Positions 23,726-28,054 of a stretch of DNA of 28,054 nucleotides are shown one piece after another (positions within the stretch are counted from its first letter, which is position 1; each line of letters begins with the position of its first letter). This DNA comes from a virus (lineage: Duplodnaviria > Caudoviricetes): the IMG/VR virus record IMGVR_UViG_3300008266_001258, positions 1-28,054 of that record; one strand, given 5' to 3'. Position numbers and translations under genes: made by a program. The notes under the pieces are model-generated. The model was not told the DNA's origin and searched no databases. It saw nothing but the letters and a program-made list of their open reading frames with translations.

Positions 23726-24034
23726 ATGGATCAAAACAACATCGACAACTACATCTCGTTTATCAAAGCGTTCCTCGATGCGGCCGACCATCGCAGTCCT
23801 GCCGCTTCGATCCTGTTCCCTGAGACCGCCGAGAAGATCCGCGTACTGGTCGAGCGTCTCGAGGTCCTCGAGTTGGCTGATCGGAAGAGACGCGACCACC
23901 TGCGCGGCATCGCGGCGCGTGGCGGCCGGAAGGGCGGGACCGCCAAGACCGACCGGAAACGGGCGGCCAGTCGGGCCAACATCCTCGAGGGTCGGCAATC
24001 TGGGCGTCGGCCTACGTCTGGACAGCCGGACTAG
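23726..24034 (+). CDS. Small protein with a basic Gly/Arg/Lys C-terminal motif, putative DNA-binding regulator
   Basis: GGAG SD, ATG at 23726. RGGRKGGTAKTDRKRAASRAN...GRRP matches the 'GG.A.S.AKAAAAR.NG..GGRP' type of small phage proteins. Confidence 0.8.
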   Translation: MDQNNIDNYISFIKAFLDAADHRSPAASILFPETAEKIRVLVERLEVLELADRKRRDHLRGIAARGGRKGGTAKTDRKRAASRANILEGRQSGRRPTSGQPD

Positions 24035-24102
24035 GCGAAGGTATACTGACCTTGCTAGTGCAGTGCTTCATTGTTGTTAACTCCGTTGATACTTTCCTTC
24101 AC

Positions 24103-24132
24103 GGGCGGTCTGTCTGACCGCCCTTTTCTTTT
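24103..24132 (+). terminator. Intrinsic terminator closing the antisense cassette
   Basis: GGGCGGTC-tgtct-GACCGCCC-TTTTCTTTT, ending just before the terL stop. The U-tract is on the + strand only. Confidence 0.85.
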
Positions 24133-24140
24133 CCTGATCG

Positions 24141-25544
24141 CTACCGGAGGAGCTTGCCTTGGGTCGACTGGCTGGCCAGTGTGAGCTCGTTGAACGCATC
24201 CGCTGCCGCGTCAACCTGGTCATCGTTTCGGCCTTGTGGAAACTGGCGTAGCTCCTCGATGAAGTCGCCATTCCACGAGCCCCGCACAAGGCGGACGTTA
24301 CCGGCGTTGACCTGCGCCGCGAGTCCGGATGCTCGAGTCGCCTTGTCGCCGCTGATCCGTTCCGACCGGATCGAGTATCCCGCCAGCATACGAGTCAGCC
24401 GGAGAGCCTGATCGACTCCCGCTTGTCCGGGATCTTGAGCGAGTCGGATCTTCACGGCTGGCCCGTCGAGTTCGGCGACCTGACGGAGATGCCCGTCTCT
24501 TTCGTCTGGTGCCCACTGGCCACGTCGGACGTCGGTGATCCACCATATCCCCTGCCCATCAACACCAAGGCGCACTCCGGCCGAGAAGTCGCCCTTGCCG
24601 GATGTCGCCGCCAAGTCCCATCCACGGCACTGCCGGAGGTCAGCTGGCGCGGCGTCGCTGATCCCGAGATTCGCGATCTTAAAGAAGCTGCCCTCTCGAG
24701 GTGTCGGGTTTTGCTGGTATAGCGATTCAAATCCGTAAGAGTCACCTGATCCGCTCTGTACCGTCCGGATGCGGTGAAGCGACTCCTCGTCGAAGCGACC
24801 TGGCCATAACGCCTGACCGGGATGCCGGCCGAGTAGGTCGCCCTCTTCCGCCAGGGCTGGCAAGCGTAGGATCGTCCATCGGTTCGGCTCGGATGCGATG
24901 GCTCGAGCGGCGAGGTCATCGTGATGCCAGCGGGTCAACGTGAGTATCACGGCGCCGCCCGGCTCAAGGCGGGTGTAGAGATCGTCGGTGTACCAGTCCC
25001 AGATCTTCTCCCGGTACACTTCGGATTCGGCCTCTTCGCGCTTCTTGATCGGATCGTCGATCAGGATCAGATCGAATCCGTATCCGGTCGGAGGTGTGCC
25101 GACTCCGCGACCGACCAGACTTCCGCCGGCGGTCGTCTCCCATTCGTCCGCTCCGGTCTTGTCGGTCATCGAGATCCGGCCCTTGGCGACGTTGCGGCTC
25201 TTCCGGCTGAATTTGTGCGCGACTCGTTCGTTGTACCCAGTGACCAGAATGCGCGATAGCGGATTACGCTCGAGCCGATAGACGGGATAGCGGATGGTCA
25301 CGGTCTCGGTCTTGGCATGGCGTGGCGGCATAAAGATCGCCAGACGGTCGATCTCGCCTCGCGTCACGGCGTCGAGGTGTTGCGCGATCAGTCGGAGATG
25401 CGGAACGTCGAAGGTCCAGTTCGGCGGCGCCACGGATGGAAGGAAGTCGATGTACCGGGTAGCGGCTCGACGACGGGCCAGCTCGCGCCGGGCCAGCTCA
25501 GCGGCCGCTTGTGCTTGCGATGACTGTGGCTGGATGTTCGCCAT
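24141..25544 (-). CDS. terL: Terminase large subunit
   Basis: Walker A-like MPPRHAKT, Walker B LILIDDP, TRWHHDDL, LYQQNP, nuclease motifs GWDLA, GDFSAG and FPQGRNDDQVDA. Confidence 0.95.
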   Translation of the reverse strand: MANIQPQSSQAQAAAELARRELARRRAATRYIDFLPSVAPPNWTFDVPHLRLIAQHLDAVTRGEIDRLAIFMPPRHAKTETVTIRYPVYRLERNPLSRILVTGYNERVAHKFSRKSRNVAKGRISMTDKTGADEWETTAGGSLVGRGVGTPPTGYGFDLILIDDPIKKREEAESEVYREKIWDWYTDDLYTRLEPGGAVILTLTRWHHDDLAARAIASEPNRWTILRLPALAEEGDLLGRHPGQALWPGRFDEESLHRIRTVQSGSGDSYGFESLYQQNPTPREGSFFKIANLGISDAAPADLRQCRGWDLAATSGKGDFSAGVRLGVDGQGIWWITDVRRGQWAPDERDGHLRQVAELDGPAVKIRLAQDPGQAGVDQALRLTRMLAGYSIRSERISGDKATRASGLAAQVNAGNVRLVRGSWNGDFIEELRQFPQGRNDDQVDAAADAFNELTLASQSTQGKLLR

Positions 25545-25971
25545 TCGCGATCCTCTGGAGCTGTTCGTCGGTTAGGTCAGCATAGTTGACCGCCATCGTT
25601 GTCGTCGTCACATCCTGACGATCCCGGTAAAGATCCGGACGGCGAGTTTTAAGCAGGAAGATGGCCAGGGTATCAGACATCTCACGGGCTCGACGATAAG
25701 CGGCTTCCTCGAGACCATCCATTGCGTTAGCGAGTGCGGCTTCCCATTTAGCGCGGAATTCTGGATGAGCTTCGCGACGCTTGTACGCCGTACCGCGATC
25801 GATCCCGGCTCCGGATGCGGCAGCGGCCACGGAGAAAGTCGATTCCAGCAACGTCAGGAAGCGATCTTCCCAGTCTGGCTTTTTAGGTGTGGAATCGGTG
25901 GAGGGCCTGCTAGAGGCTTTGACTGGCTTCGATGGTTTGACTGTCTTTGCGGTCTTTGTACTCTTTGGCAT
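25498..25971 (-). CDS. terS: Terminase small subunit
   Basis: HTH-like VAAAASGAGIDRGTAYKRR, LEEAAYRRA, SDTLAIFLLK..RP..YRD, LTDEQL. GAGGAG SD lies 8 nt before the ATG at 25971. Confidence 0.88.
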   Translation of the reverse strand: MPKSTKTAKTVKPSKPVKASSRPSTDSTPKKPDWEDRFLTLLESTFSVAAAASGAGIDRGTAYKRREAHPEFRAKWEAALANAMDGLEEAAYRRAREMSDTLAIFLLKTRRPDLYRDRQDVTTTTMAVNYADLTDEQLQRIANGEHPATVIASTSGR

Positions 25972-25981
25972 ATTCAACGCT

Positions 25982-26025
25982 CCTCATCCCGATCGGCGTC
26001 GGCGATGTCGCGACTTCCCGTCGCG
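25982..26025 (-). promoter_or_regulatory. Tandem stem-loops upstream of terS
   Basis: CGCGAC-GGGAA-GTCGCG (26009-26025) and a weaker CC..TC-GGGAT-GA-GG (25982-25996) overlapping the SD. Confidence 0.45.
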
Positions 26026-26031
26026 GATCTG

Positions 26032-27183
26032 TTATTTACGGGGGACTCCTCCCAGTGGATTCGTCAGGTTTAATGGTTGTGGCGGTTCCGGCCTTGGCAA
26101 TCCGAAGAGCTGTTCGACTGAGAAGGTATCAGTCGGCTGGTTGTATCCGGGGAACTGGCCTTGCTTGAGGATCGCCTTCTTGGTCGAAAGCTGGTAGTAC
26201 GGTCGCCCCCATTGCGGCGAGTTCTGGCGGCCGACAAAGTCGAGCAACGTGGCGCGGCCGTCCTCGTATGCCTTCATCGCAACATTGCTGCCCAGGATGG
26301 CGCGTTGGATCTCGGTTGGCTGCGTGGCGAACCATTCCTCACCCTTCTGGAACTCGACCGACTGACCGCGCAAGAGCGGGGCCTGCGTGCATCGGCAACG
26401 AGGATGACTCTCCATCCGCTCATCGAGACTGTGAACCGATCCGGCCAAGGCAAGGCAACTCGCGCACGTCCGGCGGCTGAAGCTGGCGACCCAGACCCAT
26501 CCTTGAAGGATGTCACGGTTCTGGGTAAAGGTTCGGGTTGTGGCTTCGCGATAGGCGCGGATGGTCTCGGTTCTGGCGATGGTCAGGGCTCGAGTCATAT
26601 TGCCGCCCAAGGCATCGCGCATCATTCGCGCCGTTCGGGTTGCGCCATATCCGTTGGTGATGGCTTCGGTCAAAGCATTGGCGACGGCGTGTCCGGCCAG
26701 TCCGGGGAGCTTGCCGAGAAGCGTATTGAGCGGCGATCCATCAGCGAGAAATCCAACTATTGATTCGGTCGCAGCCTTGGGAAGTTGGCTAAAGCTGACC
26801 GTGAGTTGCGCATTCTCAGCGGCCATCTCGACCAGCTTGCCAGTATTGGCGACGGCATCACGGATGGCGGCGCTTTGATTGCGAATGATGGCGGACTCGA
26901 CCTGACCGGCGATACGGCCGATCTCTTCGGCGATCTGCCGCTGAAGAGTCTGATATCGATCGATCTGGAATGCCCAGGATGGAGAGACGTATTCACCGGC
27001 GGCGCGGGCCCGTTCGATCCGGTCCGTCAGCCGTCTAATGTTCGCTTCCATCTTTCGGAAGCTTCGAGCATATGCCCGGACGATCGCTTCCGATGCCGTG
27101 TCGTCACGAGAGATCAGCGCATCCTTGAACCGGACCGCTGACTGGTATATCTCTCCTGGCGTTGGCTGTTTGATGGGCGGCAT
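26032..27183 (-). CDS. Minor head / head morphogenesis protein (MuF, SPP1 gp7 family)
   Basis: RALTIARTET.RAY, W.W.A....RTCASC..L.G, HPRCRC, W...Q....Q..ILG motifs. Confidence 0.9.
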   Translation of the reverse strand: MPPIKQPTPGEIYQSAVRFKDALISRDDTASEAIVRAYARSFRKMEANIRRLTDRIERARAAGEYVSPSWAFQIDRYQTLQRQIAEEIGRIAGQVESAIIRNQSAAIRDAVANTGKLVEMAAENAQLTVSFSQLPKAATESIVGFLADGSPLNTLLGKLPGLAGHAVANALTEAITNGYGATRTARMMRDALGGNMTRALTIARTETIRAYREATTRTFTQNRDILQGWVWVASFSRRTCASCLALAGSVHSLDERMESHPRCRCTQAPLLRGQSVEFQKGEEWFATQPTEIQRAILGSNVAMKAYEDGRATLLDFVGRQNSPQWGRPYYQLSTKKAILKQGQFPGYNQPTDTFSVEQLFGLPRPEPPQPLNLTNPLGGVPRK

Positions 27184-27189
27184 AGGGTA

Positions 27190-27480
27190 CTAGTTGAAAG
27201 CGGATTCGCGAACGTCGAAGGTCGTCTCGTTGGCGCTGGCATATAGGCCAGTCCCGATGAAGCGGACATTGTATCGACCTTCGGCAGTTGGCGTGTAGGT
27301 CAGCGAGTAGTCACCGACGGAGTCTTTGACCAGTTCGGCGTCAGATCCGTAGGTGTAAGAGAGCGTGACGCCAAGAGGAGTCTTAATGCTGGCCGTGACG
27401 ATTGACGGATCGACATCCGTCCCGCCGTTCTTGAAGTTGGCGGATAGTCGGATGATATTGCCAAGCGCGTATTCTGCCAT
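27190..27480 (-). CDS. Ig-like/BppU-N-like virion structural protein (may start at ATG 27621 with a 47-aa extension)
   Basis: GGAGGGG SD before ATG 27480. All-beta pattern GNIIRLSANF...VDPSIVTASIKTP.G...GDYSLTYTPTAEGRYNVRF.G.G. Confidence 0.7.
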   Translation of the reverse strand: MAEYALGNIIRLSANFKNGGTDVDPSIVTASIKTPLGVTLSYTYGSDAELVKDSVGDYSLTYTPTAEGRYNVRFIGTGLYASANETTFDVRESAFN

Positions 27481-27604
27481 CTTTACCCCTCCCTCGTTCT
27501 TATGGGTCAGCGTGCAGACGTTGACCACAGACGTTGAGAGCGTGACGACTGCCCCGGTCAGGGTAAACAGTCGTTCACGCCATCTCTCGACTCCCCATTT
27601 GATT

Positions 27605-28027
27605 TTAGCCCATCGTGCCATTATCGGGGTCCTCTGCTGGCTCGAGAAGTCCAGCTTGTGATTTATCGCGATCGAACAGCCACGTGACTGCGAAGAAGTC
27701 GACCGCGCTGATTCTCTGGCCCTCGAAGATCTTGCTCGATAACTGTGGATCGACGATCTCGATCTCTTGAGCCAGGACCTTGTTAAACTCGTCCCAGAAG
27801 GCGGCGAACTCGGCCGGGTTCGACTTGTCGACCTTGAGATCGCCATCGACCTCTTTCCCGTGCTTTTGCACCAATCGGATTCTTTGCTGCTCGATGAGCT
27901 GGTACTCGGCTTGAGCCGCTTGCAAGAATCTCTGATACCGGATGGCGGATGGCGCGTCGATCTCGAAGGTGGCGATCTTTTCAAGGATCGGCCAGTTGGC
28001 GAATATCTGAAGAAGTTTGATCTTCAA
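27605..28027 (-). CDS. DUF1617-like helical protein, typically found after tail fibre genes
   Basis: AGGAG SD plus TTG. 'E..R..LV.K.G....G...V......F..EF..VL..EIEI' pattern. Confidence 0.65.
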   Translation of the reverse strand: MKIKLLQIFANWPILEKIATFEIDAPSAIRYQRFLQAAQAEYQLIEQQRIRLVQKHGKEVDGDLKVDKSNPAEFAAFWDEFNKVLAQEIEIVDPQLSSKIFEGQRISAVDFFAVTWLFDRDKSQAGLLEPAEDPDNGTMG

Positions 28028-28054
28028 GCATTTTCTCCTATGCTTTTCTATCGT

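Noticed and set aside
25305-25332. Terminase Walker A reads PPRHAKT instead of PPRHGKS/T
   Set aside because: A single substitution with the lysine and all other ATPase and nuclease motifs intact. Not enough to call it inactive or novel.
27622-27984. Long N-terminal part of the 264-aa ORF
   Set aside because: Ser/Arg-rich off-frame overlap of the 27605-28027 gene.
1-28054. tRNA, CRISPR array, integrase, lysis genes, introns/inteins, alternative genetic code
   Set aside because: No cloverleaf, spaced repeats or such motifs were found by eye. Genes have normal lengths and use all three stop codons as stops.

Overview
This is a 28 kb segment of a GC-rich, long-tailed (siphovirus-type) dsDNA phage or prophage. 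The left end (+ strand) carries the end of a replication module: a phage-encoded DNA polymerase III beta clamp (dnaN) and thyX. It converges on a minus-strand virion operon. In transcription order that operon is: fibre-chaperone-like gene, Ig-like structural gene, MuF/SPP1-gp7 minor head protein, terS, terL, an inserted block, portal, scaffold, P22-coat-like major capsid, head-tail genes, tail tube, G/T chaperones, tape measure, a 1830-aa gpL-hub::beta-helix spike::fibre fusion, two small chaperone-like genes, a short gpJ-like protein and, last, a gpM/Dit-like protein. The inserted block holds an antisense two-gene cassette, a metallophosphoesterase and an HExxH protein. Main oddities: (1) a rearranged tail tip with the receptor-binding parts fused to the Fe-S hub protein; (2) a self-contained antisense cassette with promoter, palindromic operator, hairpin plus boxA-like leader and terminators, laid out like an acr-aca operon; (3) three -1 frame junctions in structural genes, none with a canonical slippery site, two of which look like recoding or deletions; (4) paired C(GGGAN)G hairpins over the terS and scaffold ribosome-binding sites; (5) strong GATC/TCGA enrichment except in a recently swapped fibre tip. 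No tRNA, CRISPR array, integrase or lysis gene was recognised. All family assignments are motif recognition by eye, not database results.
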